From Candidatus Omnitrophota bacterium (GTDB taxonomy: Bacteria; Omnitrophota; Gorgyraeia; Gygaellales; Profunditerraquicolaceae), in assembly GCA_026387405.1 (NCBI GenBank), contig JAPLLV010000025.1, positions 44,009 through 108,008 on the forward strand: DNA of 64,000 nt, given 5' to 3'. Each line of letters begins with the position of its first letter. The first letter of the stretch is position 1. The notes below the pieces were generated by a model. That model was given only the letters and a program-made list of their open reading frames with translations, was not told the origin of the DNA and made no database searches. A program made the translations under genes and the position numbers. Positions 40,388 to 52,239 of the stretch are shown here, piece after piece.

Positions 40388-42346
40388 ATGGAGCCTAAAG
40401 ATAAACGTAATTTTATCCTCTTGGGCCATGCCCAGTCCGGTAAAACCACGCTTTCTGAAAGTATCCTCTATTTAGCTAAGGCAACCAGCCGTAAAGGCAC
40501 TACCGCAGATGGTAATACGGTAAGCGATTACAATTTTGACGAGATTGAAAAAAAGAGCTCCATAAACGCCAGCCTGCTCTATTGTGATTATAAAGGCACG
40601 AGGATCCAGATGATCGATGCCCCCGGTTACGCGGATTTTTTAGGCGAGGTTATTTCCGGCTTACGCGCGGTAGATAGCGCGGTAGTGATAGTAGACGCGA
40701 CCGCGGGAGTTGAGGTAGGGACAGAGCGCGCCTGGCAGTTCCTGGAGGAATTCTCCCTACCCTGTATTATTTTCATTAATAAGACGGATAAACCCGAAGC
40801 CGATGTAAATAAGACCTTGTCGGATATCAAGTCGCGCTTTTCAAAGAGCGCGATGGTGGTCGATAAGCTTGACGCCCCGGAGTTAGTAGAGGCTATTGCC
40901 GAAAGCAATGATTCACTGCTGGAAAAATATTTAGAGGGTAAGGCCTTAACACCCGAAGAATTAGTTTCAGGGTTGCGTAAGGCGGTATTCGGCCGCAAGG
41001 TCTTTCCCGTAGTGATAGGTTCGGCCTCAACCGATAAAGGGGTAGCGGAGTTACTCGACCATGTTATAAAATATCTGCCGAATCCCCTGGAGCGCCAGCC
41101 TATCAAGGCGCGGCAGGCGGATAAACCGGATAGCGAGCAGGAATTAGCCTGTAGCGCAGACGGTCATCTAGCCGCCTTTGTCTTTAAGAATATTTCTGAC
41201 CCCTATGTGGGGCAGTTGACATTTTTACGTATTTTTTCCGGCACCCTGGCTTCGAACACCGCCTTTCACAATGTTAATAAAGAAACCAAAGAGCGCATCG
41301 GCACTATCTACATTATGCAGGGCAGAGAGCAAAAAGCCGTGGATACCGCCAGCTGCGGTGATATCGTGGCCCTGGCAAAATTAAAAGGGACCGCTGCTTC
41401 GGATTCCATCGGTAATGATAAGGGCCGCGTTATTTTTGAACCGATGGTATTCCCTGAACCGGCTATCTCGGCTTCGGTAAAGCCAAAATCGCGCGAAGAC
41501 GAAGAGAGGATTTCCGAGGCCCTACATAAATTAGCTGCGGAGGATCCTACTTTCAAGGTCACCCATGACCCCCAGACCAAGGAATTGATCATTTCAGGGC
41601 TAGGCGATCAGCACCTGGCGGTTATGGTAGGCAGGCTGCAAAAGCGTTTCAAGGTTGAAGTCGAACTTGGCAAGCCCAAGGTTTCCTATAAAGAGACGAT
41701 TACTAAGAGCGTCAAGGTGCAGGGAAAATTCAAACGTCAGTCAGGGGGCAGGGGCCAATACGGGGATGTCTGGATCGAGATCGAGCCTTTAGGACGGAGT
41801 GAGGGTTTTGAGTTCGTGGATAAGATTTTCGGCGGGGCTATCCCCAGGAATTTTATCCCCTCGGTTGAAAAGGGCGTGGTCAATGCCTTGGTTCAAGGGG
41901 CAGTTGCCGGTTATCCGATAGTTGATGTGCGGGTGAGGCTGGTAGACGGCTCATACCATGAGGTGGATTCCTCGGATATGGCTTTTCAGATCGCGGGGGG
42001 CATGGCTCTAAGAAAAGCCGTGCTTGCCGCCGGGCCCGTATTATTGGAGCCGATCATGGATGTAGAGATAACCATCCCGGAGGAGTGTTTGGGCGCAATA
42101 TCCGGAGATGTTAATTCCCGGCGCGGACGGATCATGGGTATGGATGTTAAAGCCAAATCCCAGATTATCAAGGCCACCGTTCCATTGTCGGAGATGTTTA
42201 CCTATGCCAATGATCTACGTTCCCTTACCGGGGGAAGAGGGACTTATATCATGCGTTTTTCGCATTACGAAGAGGTGCCGCACAAACAAGCCTCGACCAT
42301 TATCAGCCAGTATCAGGCCTCCAGGAAGCCCGAAGAAGAACAATAA
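40388..42346 (+). CDS. EF-G-family translational GTPase paralogue (divergent; switch-II His replaced)
   Basis: All EF-G domains are recognisable: G domain, domain II, and domains IV/V with SGGRGQYGDVWIE. G1 is GHAQSGKTT, switch I lacks RGITI, and switch II reads DAPGYADF instead of DTPGHxDF. G4 is NKTD. Confidence 0.75.
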   Translation: MEPKDKRNFILLGHAQSGKTTLSESILYLAKATSRKGTTADGNTVSDYNFDEIEKKSSINASLLYCDYKGTRIQMIDAPGYADFLGEVISGLRAVDSAVVIVDATAGVEVGTERAWQFLEEFSLPCIIFINKTDKPEADVNKTLSDIKSRFSKSAMVVDKLDAPELVEAIAESNDSLLEKYLEGKALTPEELVSGLRKAVFGRKVFPVVIGSASTDKGVAELLDHVIKYLPNPLERQPIKARQADKPDSEQELACSADGHLAAFVFKNISDPYVGQLTFLRIFSGTLASNTAFHNVNKETKERIGTIYIMQGREQKAVDTASCGDIVALAKLKGTAASDSIGNDKGRVIFEPMVFPEPAISASVKPKSREDEERISEALHKLAAEDPTFKVTHDPQTKELIISGLGDQHLAVMVGRLQKRFKVEVELGKPKVSYKETITKSVKVQGKFKRQSGGRGQYGDVWIEIEPLGRSEGFEFVDKIFGGAIPRNFIPSVEKGVVNALVQGAVAGYPIVDVRVRLVDGSYHEVDSSDMAFQIAGGMALRKAVLAAGPVLLEPIMDVEITIPEECLGAISGDVNSRRGRIMGMDVKAKSQIIKATVPLSEMFTYANDLRSLTGGRGTYIMRFSHYEEVPHKQASTIISQYQASRKPEEEQ

Positions 42347-42379
42347 CCAAAAGCTTTATTATAATAAGGATAAAACAAA

Positions 42380-43081
42380 ATGAAGATAAGCGTATTTTCT
42401 ATCTCTACTCTTACGCCGGGGAAATATAATATCAAGGACCAGCGCCTTGACGCCGTGGACAAAATAGTCAAGGCCAAGAAAAAAACCTATGTGCAGGTGG
42501 AGGTGGTCGGAGCGGAAGCGGTATTCGAAGCAGACGCGCTTCTGGCGCTTGAAGATATGCGTTCGGACCTGATCCTAAGGGACCTGGAGTTCATAGAGAC
42601 GCGCCTCGGCCGTTGCGGCGATGAGAAGGAAAAAGGACTTTTGCTCAAACTTAAAGGGATCCTGGAGAAAGAGCAGTTTCTTTTTAGCGCCGGCTTGGGG
42701 GAAGAAGAAATCCAGTCCATGGCAAGCTATAGTTTGGTAACCTTAAAACCGGTTGTTATGGCCAGGCAGGAAGAGACGGATAACCCCAATGATCTATTGG
42801 CCAGGGCCCTCAGAGAAAGCGGGTATTTGAGTTTTTTTACCGCCGGGGAGAAAGAGACGCGCGCCTGGTTGATCAGAAAAGGGACTTCTGCCTGGGAGGC
42901 CGCGGGGGTAATACATTCAGATATCCAGAAAGGGTTTATCCGCGCCGAGATCATCGGTTACGATGATTATATTAATGCCGGCGGCGAGACTCCGGCCAAG
43001 CAGCAGGGGAAGATGCGCCTGGAGCAAAAAGAATATGTGATGCAGGATTGCGATCTGGCGAATTTTAGGTTTAACAAATAA
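42380..43081 (+). CDS. YchF/Ola1-like protein lacking the P-loop and most of the G domain (coiled-coil + TGS domains retained)
   Basis: C-terminus TRAWLIRKGTSAWEAAGVIHSDIQKGFIRAEII…GKMRLEQKEYVMQDCDLANFRFN aligns closely to the YchF TGS domain. The N-terminus starts after the position of the Walker A motif. About 50 aa around G3/G4 are also missing. Confidence 0.7.
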   Translation: MKISVFSISTLTPGKYNIKDQRLDAVDKIVKAKKKTYVQVEVVGAEAVFEADALLALEDMRSDLILRDLEFIETRLGRCGDEKEKGLLLKLKGILEKEQFLFSAGLGEEEIQSMASYSLVTLKPVVMARQEETDNPNDLLARALRESGYLSFFTAGEKETRAWLIRKGTSAWEAAGVIHSDIQKGFIRAEIIGYDDYINAGGETPAKQQGKMRLEQKEYVMQDCDLANFRFNK

Positions 43082-43092
43082 AGATAATTGAA

Positions 43093-43168
43093 AGTCATTG
43101 CGAGGAGGCCGAAGGCCGACGAAGCAATCCCTAAAACGTGATTGCTTCGCACTTCGTGCTCGCAATGA
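43093..43168. repeat. small palindromic repeat element, intergenic copy (TIRs GTCATTGCGAG / CTCGCAATGAC, inner hairpin)
   Basis: Terminal inverted repeats plus an internal stem CGAAGCAATC-loop-GATTGCTTCG. A second copy lies in-frame inside folC at 45127-45270. Confidence 0.5.
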
Positions 43169-43190
43169 CAACAGATAATAGGGGGACAAG

Positions 43191-44783
<1,593 letters not shown>

Positions 44784-44831
44784 TGAGTATATCGCAACGA
44801 TAAGCGATTAGCGATATGCGATAAGCAAATA

Positions 44832-46361
44832 ATGACCTACCCCCAAGCCATTCAATACCTGGGAGGCTTCATCAACTATGAAAGGCTTCTTGACTGGCCG
44901 TATAAAGAATCTCTCCAGTTAGACCGATTCAAGATTTTCCTGGAAACAATAGGTAATCCTCAACTTTCCTTGCGTTGTATCCACGTCGCCGGCTCAAAAG
45001 GCAAGGGTTCTACCTGTGCTTTTATTGCCTATATATTGCGCCAGGCAGGTTTTAAAGTCGGTCTCTATACCTCGCCGCACCTTTCGGATTTCAGGGAGAG
45101 GATCAGGATATTGGCTCCTTCAAGGTTGTCATTGCGAGGAGCGATAGCGGTTGCGAGGCGAAGCCGAAGCAAACCAGCAGCCTGCGATAGATGGGATTCC
45201 TCGCTGCGCTCGGAACAGGCTGCGCAATCTCTAAAACGTGATTGTTTCGCCCCTTCGGGGCTCGCAATGACAGAGAGAATGGTTTGTGAGTTTGAAGGAA
45301 TGATCTCCAAGAGAGGCCTGGCAGCATTGGTAGCCAGATTAAAACCAGCCATAGATGTTTATAACAAGAGTTCGGAATACGGGCCGCTCTCATCTTTTGA
45401 GGTTTATACCGCCGCGGCGTTCGTTCATTTCAAGGAAAAAAAAGTAGATTTCGCGGTCCTGGAAACGGGCTTAGGCGGGAGATTTGACGCTACAAATACG
45501 CAAGACGCCATGGTTGTGGTTATAACCCCTATTAGCTATGAGCATACCGATAGGCTCGGTAATACATTGGCCAAGATCGCAGGCGAGAAGGCCGGGATTA
45601 TTAAAAAAAGTTGTCAGTTGCCAGTTGTTAGTTGTCAGAGAATAGTTATTTCGGCGCCACAGGATAAGGAAGCGAGGGAAGTCATCAGAAATAGGTGTAA
45701 GGCAGCAAGGGCAAAGTTATTTGAAGTGGGAAGGGATTTATTGTATAAAAAAATTCAAGGTTCAAAATTCAAGGTTCAAGGCATATTTGGAGAATATGGA
45801 AATTTAAAAACCAGGCTGCTCGGCGAGCACCAGTGGGTCAATGCCGCTACTGCCATAGGGGCGATAGAGGCCTTGCGCAATTACGATATTAAAGTAAGGG
45901 CCGGTGCAATAAAAAAAGGACTTTATGATACCTTATGGCCGGGAAGATGCGAGGTTGTTTCCAGGAAACCCATTATTGTTTTAGACGGGGCCCAGAATGC
46001 AGCATCCAGTCTGGTGTTAAAAAAAGCCATATCGCAGAATTTCAAATATAAGAGATTAATCCTGGTTCTGGGAATTTCCAGTGACAAGGATATTCTAGGG
46101 ATCTGTAGGCAGATATGTCCTAAGGCAAGCGAGATAATCCTGACGCAGGCCGATAATCCCAGGGCAGCCAGCGTTAATACAATAGAAGAGGTTATCAGGC
46201 GTCAGGCGTTTGGTGCCAGGTGTTGGATTCATAAGACTAAAGATGTGCGGGAGGCGTTAAGATTAGCCAAACTGAAGGCAGCCCCTGAGGGCCTAATTTT
46301 AGTCACGGGTTCGCTGTTTGTAGTGGGAGAGGCAAGGAAACTAAGTTTATGCTTAAATTAA
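44832..46361 (+). CDS. folC: folylpolyglutamate synthase / dihydrofolate synthase (Mur-ligase family)
   Basis: HVAGSKGKGSTCAFIAYIL…YTSPHL P-loop region and the Mur-ligase C-terminal domain. Carries three repeat-derived in-frame insertions. Confidence 0.85.
   Translation: MTYPQAIQYLGGFINYERLLDWPYKESLQLDRFKIFLETIGNPQLSLRCIHVAGSKGKGSTCAFIAYILRQAGFKVGLYTSPHLSDFRERIRILAPSRLSLRGAIAVARRSRSKPAACDRWDSSLRSEQAAQSLKRDCFAPSGLAMTERMVCEFEGMISKRGLAALVARLKPAIDVYNKSSEYGPLSSFEVYTAAAFVHFKEKKVDFAVLETGLGGRFDATNTQDAMVVVITPISYEHTDRLGNTLAKIAGEKAGIIKKSCQLPVVSCQRIVISAPQDKEAREVIRNRCKAARAKLFEVGRDLLYKKIQGSKFKVQGIFGEYGNLKTRLLGEHQWVNAATAIGAIEALRNYDIKVRAGAIKKGLYDTLWPGRCEVVSRKPIIVLDGAQNAASSLVLKKAISQNFKYKRLILVLGISSDKDILGICRQICPKASEIILTQADNPRAASVNTIEEVIRRQAFGARCWIHKTKDVREALRLAKLKAAPEGLILVTGSLFVVGEARKLSLCLN
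45127..45270. repeat. palindromic repeat element, 144 bp (48 codons) copy inserted in-frame in folC
   Basis: Same terminal inverted repeats and …CTAAAACGTGATTG(C/T)TTCGC… core as the 43093 copy. Length is an exact multiple of 3. Translated as …SRLSLRGAIAVARRSRSKPAACDRWDSSLRSEQAAQSLKRDCFAPSGLAMTE…. Confidence 0.55.
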
Positions 46362-47404
46362 GTCGGTGCTTATTAGTGTTAGGAGCAAATATTCTAAGCA
46401 TCGCTTTACTCTTTTTAATAGTAGAAATTGCATACCGATTTTACAAGGATGGTTTTTGGGGGGCTATTAAAAATATAAGGGAATATTACAACGTTCCGTA
46501 CTCGAATTTAGGAACGAAAGATTGGGTTGTCTATGACAAAATCCTGGGATACAAGTTGAACTCAAAGGCTTCTTCAGACAATAAGTTGTATATAGTAGAT
46601 CAAGAGGTAATGCTGCCTAAGCCGAAGGGGGCTTACAGGATAATCTTCTTGGGCGACTCCATTCCATTTGATAACCCGAGCTTTGTTGATTATATAAAGG
46701 AAGCAACTGCTAAAAATACAAGCATAGAGATCATAAAAGCTTGCGTGCCAGGTTATACCGCTTATCAGGAACTGATGTTTATGCAGAGAGACTTAATTCA
46801 TGCTACTCCCAATCTGGTGGTATGGTGTTATTGTTTAAATGATAACCATAGATTTCTTCATAAATTTAATGTGGACGGAAAAATGCTGAGGACTCAAGAG
46901 GCAGAGGATAGTTTAAAGATTAATTCGCTTTTTGACAAAATAATAAGCAGGAGCTATGTGCTTAGTTTGATTAAAGTGCACTTAGTCGCTAAAAAGCTTG
47001 CCAGAAAAACCAGCGATTTTCCCTGGGAAGACCTCCCCGACTTTAATATCGCATGGAAAGACTATTCTTGGATAAATTATGAGGAGAATTTAAGAAAGAT
47101 GGAGCAGATTTTAGATAAAAACGGCAGTAAATTATGCATACTCATTTTTCCATTCGGACCTCAGTTAAATCCAGGGACCCTAGCATTAAATCGAGATTTC
47201 GTTTTAAAGCCCCAAGCGAAATTAAAAGAATTGTGTATGAGATATCACGTTCCTGTGCTCGACCTATTTTCTCTCTTTTATTCACTTGAGAATAAGCACG
47301 AGAAAATATTTAAAGATGATGGAATCCATCTAACAAAGCTAGGACATGAGGTTGTCTCCCAAGAGGTCATAGAATTTTTAAAAAAACAAGGTTTATTGTA
47401 TTAA
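46349..47404 (+). CDS. membrane-anchored SGNH/GDSL-family hydrolase
   Basis: N-terminal TM helix; block I RIIFLGDSIPF, block III CLNDNHR, block V DDGIHLTKLGHEVV. Confidence 0.6.
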   Translation: MLKLSRCLLVLGANILSIALLFLIVEIAYRFYKDGFWGAIKNIREYYNVPYSNLGTKDWVVYDKILGYKLNSKASSDNKLYIVDQEVMLPKPKGAYRIIFLGDSIPFDNPSFVDYIKEATAKNTSIEIIKACVPGYTAYQELMFMQRDLIHATPNLVVWCYCLNDNHRFLHKFNVDGKMLRTQEAEDSLKINSLFDKIISRSYVLSLIKVHLVAKKLARKTSDFPWEDLPDFNIAWKDYSWINYEENLRKMEQILDKNGSKLCILIFPFGPQLNPGTLALNRDFVLKPQAKLKELCMRYHVPVLDLFSLFYSLENKHEKIFKDDGIHLTKLGHEVVSQEVIEFLKKQGLLY

Positions 47405-47472
47405 TACTCCATTACGTTGAGAGAATTCGTATGCGTGTTTTACAATTTATCCCGAAGCAATAGGTAATTTTT

Positions 47473-48924
47473 ATGAGAGACGTCCTTAAGGTTATAAATT
47501 CAACCGATACCATCGCTGCAGTCGCTTCATCTTTGGGCGAATCCGGGATCGGCATCGTACGTATAAGCGGCCGGGAAGCGCTGTCTATCGCAGATAAAAT
47601 TTTTCTTTCCAAGGATAATAAAAAGCCTTCTGAATTCAGGGCCTACACCGTGCATTACGGTTGGATTATTGACCAACGACCAACGACCAACCCCGCCTGC
47701 CTAGTGATACCCGGGGCGGGCAGGGACCAACGACAAAACATAGTTGACGAAGTAATCTTGACCGTGATGCGCGCGCCGCGTTCCTATACCAAAGAGGACG
47801 TAGCAGAGATTAACTGCCACGGAGGCATCGTTGGTCTCCGTAGGGTGTTAGGTTTAGTTTTGGAGAACGGTTGCCGCCTGGCTGAGCCGGGTGAATTTAC
47901 CAAGCGCGCCTTTTTAAACGGGAGGATCGACCTTACGCAGGCAGAGGCAGTCTTAGATATAATCCGCGCCAAGACTGATTCCGCTTTGAGCTTGGGCGTT
48001 GAGCAGCTGAAAGGCGGGCTATCCAGGAAGATTAATAAATGGAGAGAAGGCTTATTGGATGCCCTTGCGACCCTGGAGGCGAGCATAGATTTTCCTGAGG
48101 AAGAACTGAACGCCGCAGGCCTTGAGGTAATTTCCGCAAGGATCGCCAAGATAAATAGCGAGATGAAGTCTATGCTGGAAAATGCAAGGTTCGGCAGGGT
48201 AATGCGCGAGGGGGTGCATACGGTTATCTGCGGCCGGCCGAATGTAGGAAAGTCTTCGCTTTTAAACGCGCTTTTAAGACAGGAGCGCTCAATTGTTACG
48301 GCAGTGCCCGGGACCACCCGCGACACTATCGAAGAGATCATAGATATAAAAGGTATTCCTGTAAGGATCGTGGATACGGCCGGGATCCTGGAGCCGCGTG
48401 ACCTGGTTGAAAGACACGCGGTCCTGCGCTCAAAAAAGCAGATTGACCTGGCGGATCTGGTGATCCTGTTGTTTGACGGCGCTCATCAGCTGACCAAGGA
48501 TGACAGGGCGTTGATAAGCAGGCTTAAGAGAAGGACGACCTTGGCGGTGATTAATAAGATAGACAAATCTCAGAAAATAGAGCGTCCATATATTGCCAAG
48601 AATTTTAAGCAGGTAGTAGAGATTTCGGCAAAGAACGGCAAGAATATCGATTTACTCGAAGATTCTATAGCCGGTATGGTCTTTAGCGGCAGGGCCGGTT
48701 CGCCGGGTGCGCTTTTTGTCGCAAATATGCGGCATCTTGAATCTATCAAAGAAGCGCAAAAACTTATTGCAGAAGCACTTAATTCGGTAGATAATGGTCT
48801 GTCCTTGGAATTCATTAGCCAGGATCTTAAGGAGGCGGTCGCCAACCTGGATAAGCTTTTAGGCAGGAGTTTTTCCGAAGATCTCCTGGATAAGATCTTT
48901 AGCGATTTCTGCATAGGGAAATAA
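47473..48924 (+). CDS. mnmE: tRNA modification GTPase MnmE
   Basis: INCHGG, G1 [15 protein letters not shown]3 DTAG, C-terminal FCIGK. A repeat-encoded insertion sits in the N-terminal domain loop. Confidence 0.9.
   Translation: MRDVLKVINSTDTIAAVASSLGESGIGIVRISGREALSIADKIFLSKDNKKPSEFRAYTVHYGWIIDQRPTTNPACLVIPGAGRDQRQNIVDEVILTVMRAPRSYTKEDVAEINCHGGIVGLRRVLGLVLENGCRLAEPGEFTKRAFLNGRIDLTQAEAVLDIIRAKTDSALSLGVEQLKGGLSRKINKWREGLLDALATLEASIDFPEEELNAAGLEVISARIAKINSEMKSMLENARFGRVMREGVHTVICGRPNVGKSSLLNALLRQERSIVTAVPGTTRDTIEEIIDIKGIPVRIVDTAGILEPRDLVERHAVLRSKKQIDLADLVILLFDGAHQLTKDDRALISRLKRRTTLAVINKIDKSQKIERPYIAKNFKQVVEISAKNGKNIDLLEDSIAGMVFSGRAGSPGALFVANMRHLESIKEAQKLIAEALNSVDNGLSLEFISQDLKEAVANLDKLLGRSFSEDLLDKIFSDFCIGK
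47671..47737. repeat. about 65 bp GC-rich imperfect-palindromic repeat element, copy in-frame within mnmE
   Basis: GACCAACGACCAACCCCGCCTGCC-(t/c)(a/g)GTGATAC-(c/a)(c/a)GGGGCGGGCAGGGAC(C/T)AACGAC. A second copy lies at 61766-61830. Encodes [21 protein letters not shown]. Confidence 0.5.
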
Positions 48925-48935
48925 GCGAGGTAAGC

Positions 48936-49493
48936 GTGGATAAGAAAAAAATAGAACATGCGGTCAAGGATATATTAGAGGCGATAGGCGAGAATCCTAA
49001 GCGCAAAGACCTGCAAGATACCCCCAGACGGGTGGCTGAAATGTATGAAGAGATTTTCGCCGGTATCGGCAAGGATCCCAAAAAAGAACTGGAGGTAATT
49101 CTTGACCAGAAGCATAACGAGATAATCCTTTTAAAGAATATTCCTTTGTATTCGATCTGTGAACACCACTTAACCCCTTTTGTGGGCAAGGCAAGCATTG
49201 CTTATATACCCAAACAGGGCCGGGTGACAGGGTTAAGTAAGCTGGCGCGCGTGGTTGATACTCTGGCAAAGCGGCCGCAGGTACAAGAACGCCTGACTAC
49301 GCAGATCGCCGAGATAGTTATGGAGAAACTCAAGCCCAAAGGTTGTATGGTGGTGTTGGAGGCCGAGCACCTTTGCATGTCTATGCGCGGAGTCAGGAAA
49401 CCCGGCACCACTACCGTGACCTCGGCGGTAAGAGGGATATTCCAGGACAATGAAAAGACGCGCGCAGAAACCCTGGCGCTATTAAAGATGTAA
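48936..49493 (+). CDS. folE: GTP cyclohydrolase I
   Basis: CEHHLTPF…GKASIAYIP and the C-terminal region typical of FolE. GTG start. Confidence 0.9.
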   Translation: MDKKKIEHAVKDILEAIGENPKRKDLQDTPRRVAEMYEEIFAGIGKDPKKELEVILDQKHNEIILLKNIPLYSICEHHLTPFVGKASIAYIPKQGRVTGLSKLARVVDTLAKRPQVQERLTTQIAEIVMEKLKPKGCMVVLEAEHLCMSMRGVRKPGTTTVTSAVRGIFQDNEKTRAETLALLKM

Positions 49494-49515
49494 TAAAAGA
49501 GGAGGAACAGGAAGG

Positions 49516-50511
49516 GTGAAAAAAATAACTCTATTGGCGTTTTTAGTTTTAGTATTGTCCGGTTGCGCCGCATACAGATTTGGCTACGGTAAACCGCCGC
49601 ATAACAAAGGTTACCTTGCCTCGCGAGACGGATATACTATCTTGGAATATACCGTAGGCCAGGATAACTCTGTTCCCGAAAACCTTAAGTTTGCCAAGGA
49701 GCGTTTTAAAAGGCGGCGCCATACCGTCGAGCGCTATTATAAAAAGATGGGTTATATCGAAAACCGTTTTAAAGAGTGGTTCTGGGATCCGCCGGTATAT
49801 TTCGTAAAATTAATAACCGGGGTTTTTCGTGTCCCCGCCCTGGCTATATCGGATTACAGGTACAGGCATAATCCAAAATACCGGGATAGGGTCAAGAGAA
49901 AAGAGGAGGAGCAGGATTTAAAAGAGGAGACGATTAACAAAAAATTACGGGAAGCCCTGGGTGTTTATATACAAAAAGACCTGGCAAAAGAGGGTCCGGT
50001 TACGGCCAAAACGGAAGAACCCAAACCCGTAGAACCCAAGCCGGAAGAACCCAAACCAGAAGCCGTCCAACAAGCGAAGCCTGTCCAGCCGGTTGAGGCC
50101 GAAGTTGCGCAGGAAGTTAAGGAAGGAACAAAGAGCGTAAGCCTCGGCGTAGTTACAGAAGTGCCCGGAAAAAAGGCGCGTAAGGCTCCCGCAAGAAAAC
50201 CAAAATCCCGCCCCAAGAAAGAAACGCAGGTTATCGGAGAACCCGTGGCATTGATTATGGCCAAGCCCGTTACCGGCTATTCGCCGTTAAAAGTGCAGTT
50301 TTACGGAGGCAGGTCTTATTCTCCCCACGGCAGGATAATCGCTTATTCGTGGGATTTCGGCGACGGTGATACCTCTACAAAGAAGAATCCCGCCAATACA
50401 TATTTGAGCATGACATACGAACCGCGAGAGTTTACCGTTACTCTTACTGTCACCGACAATAAGGGTAACAGCGCTTCCGCCAATCAGGTGATCGAGGTGC
50501 TTAATAAATAG
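49516..50511 (+). CDS. lipoprotein with Pro/Glu/Lys-rich linker and C-terminal PKD domain
   Basis: SD GAGGAGG. Lipobox LSGC. EPKPVEPKPEEPKPE repeats. PKD-like YSWDFGDGDTS…VTLTVTDNKGNSA. Confidence 0.6.
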   Translation: MKKITLLAFLVLVLSGCAAYRFGYGKPPHNKGYLASRDGYTILEYTVGQDNSVPENLKFAKERFKRRRHTVERYYKKMGYIENRFKEWFWDPPVYFVKLITGVFRVPALAISDYRYRHNPKYRDRVKRKEEEQDLKEETINKKLREALGVYIQKDLAKEGPVTAKTEEPKPVEPKPEEPKPEAVQQAKPVQPVEAEVAQEVKEGTKSVSLGVVTEVPGKKARKAPARKPKSRPKKETQVIGEPVALIMAKPVTGYSPLKVQFYGGRSYSPHGRIIAYSWDFGDGDTSTKKNPANTYLSMTYEPREFTVTLTVTDNKGNSASANQVIEVLNK

Positions 50512-50723
50512 GCATCTTTCAAAGTCCCCCCCCATCTAGATCCCCATAAATCCGCTTTTAGTCATTGCCATCTTAAGCAGCCTGTTTTTCTTCCCTGTCC
50601 GGGCTGCAGATTTTGCCTGCTTGCTTATGGCTCATTTACGATCACGTTGAATAATTCTATTGAAATTTTATTTAAAATGTAGTAACATAACAAGTTAGGT
50701 ATATAGAACGATACTATAATATA

Positions 50724-52205
50724 ATGCAAAAAAATAAAAAAAGAGCAATAGCAAAAGGTGTTCTATATTTTGTTATTTGTTTCTTTGGTTTTGTAATCCC
50801 TGCTTCAGCAGAGGTTGCGGTAGCGGATAATAAAAATCTCACCTTCAATATCCTGCCATATCTTAGAACAGACGTAGTCACCTTAAAGAATAACATTGGC
50901 CTGGATAGCAGAAATAAAGACGACTCTTCGACTTATTTCGGTGTTGACTACAGTTTAGGATTCGACCTTAAATTTAAAGACAGCGGTCCCGAGGCATACC
51001 TGAAGTTAGAGAGAAACGGCCCCTATGACTACGATGCGCCGCTATTTATCCGTAATACATTAAGGACATCCACCGCGCAGGCAGAGAGGTACCGCGGAAA
51101 CGAACTATTACCTCACGTAGAGGAATTCTGGTATGACACTCCTTTATTTGAACTTCCTTTAAGGCTCAAGAGCGGACTTTTTGCTTACCATGCGGCTAAT
51201 GACCTCGCCGTACCCGCCAGCTACGAGAATTATTCACTTAGCTTATATAGAGAAAATGAAAATTTAAAGTGGCACTTTTATTATTGTAAACCAGATTTGG
51301 TTAATAAAAGTTACCTGGGGCCGCGCATTAAACAAGAGAGAGAGCAGGGTATCCATTATACGCCTAATAAGGCCAACTTTTTTGCTACAGACGCAGTTTT
51401 CACTTTCAAAAATAATTCCTTGCAACCCTATGTAGAGGTTCTTTCCGATGGTTCCGGAGATAGTCGCGCAAATCTTTTTTCTACGCCCACGCATAATGAT
51501 TTATTGGGCACTCTCGGCCTTGCCTGGAATTCCACTTTTGATAAATTATCTATAGCGATAGAAACAGCCAGGAATTTCGGAAAGGTACAGAGCAGCGATG
51601 AGAATTTCAAGGACGTAGAGCATTGCGGGTATCTTTTATACGCGGATGCCGCGTATAATTTTGAACGGATAATCCCGCATTCCAGGTTTGTCCTTGCTTC
51701 AGGCAACAAAGTTACTACGGATATGGTAGATAATGGAGATGAGGTGTTGACCAGCGGCAAAAATCGTGCTTTTAGCGCCTACTCGCCGTTCAATACCAAT
51801 TTATTAGATTCGATATATCCTGACGCGAATAATCTGCCTTTAGTGGCTATGGGCGCAGGCAATGGGTTGAATTACGGCATCAACCGTCCCACCACCTTTG
51901 GAGACCCCCGGTTATTTGTTCTTGACTGGTGGTATTTAAGGGCAATGGAAAGAGGGGTAGGCACCTTTGAAGGATCAAGTAAGATGCTCTCACCCGATTT
52001 AGGCAACGAATTGGATCTATCTTTTAATTACGAACTTAATAAAAATATTACTCTTGGCCTGTTGAGCGGTTGTTTTTTACCGGGGAGATATTACAAGGAA
52101 GACAGGGATGATACAGAAGGTAGTCTTTTCACCCCCTTTGTGCGGGGCGATGGCGAGGCCGACCCTGCCTATCAGATCGAATTAAGCTGTACTTTAACTT
52201 TTTAA
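50724..52205 (+). CDS. secreted protein, probable outer-membrane beta-barrel
   Basis: N-terminal signal peptide, alternating amphipathic beta-strand pattern, C-terminal …LSCTLTF ending in Phe. Confidence 0.5.
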   Translation: MQKNKKRAIAKGVLYFVICFFGFVIPASAEVAVADNKNLTFNILPYLRTDVVTLKNNIGLDSRNKDDSSTYFGVDYSLGFDLKFKDSGPEAYLKLERNGPYDYDAPLFIRNTLRTSTAQAERYRGNELLPHVEEFWYDTPLFELPLRLKSGLFAYHAANDLAVPASYENYSLSLYRENENLKWHFYYCKPDLVNKSYLGPRIKQEREQGIHYTPNKANFFATDAVFTFKNNSLQPYVEVLSDGSGDSRANLFSTPTHNDLLGTLGLAWNSTFDKLSIAIETARNFGKVQSSDENFKDVEHCGYLLYADAAYNFERIIPHSRFVLASGNKVTTDMVDNGDEVLTSGKNRAFSAYSPFNTNLLDSIYPDANNLPLVAMGAGNGLNYGINRPTTFGDPRLFVLDWWYLRAMERGVGTFEGSSKMLSPDLGNELDLSFNYELNKNITLGLLSGCFLPGRYYKEDRDDTEGSLFTPFVRGDGEADPAYQIELSCTLTF

Positions 52206-52239
52206 TAAACCGGGCTCTAAATACGGGAAGGATATCTTT

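Noticed and set aside
47784-48341. 185-aa minus-strand ORF inside mnmE
   Set aside because: It lies antisense to a highly conserved gene with clear MnmE motifs. Its composition is Ser/Ala/Arg-rich, typical of GC-biased antisense frames.
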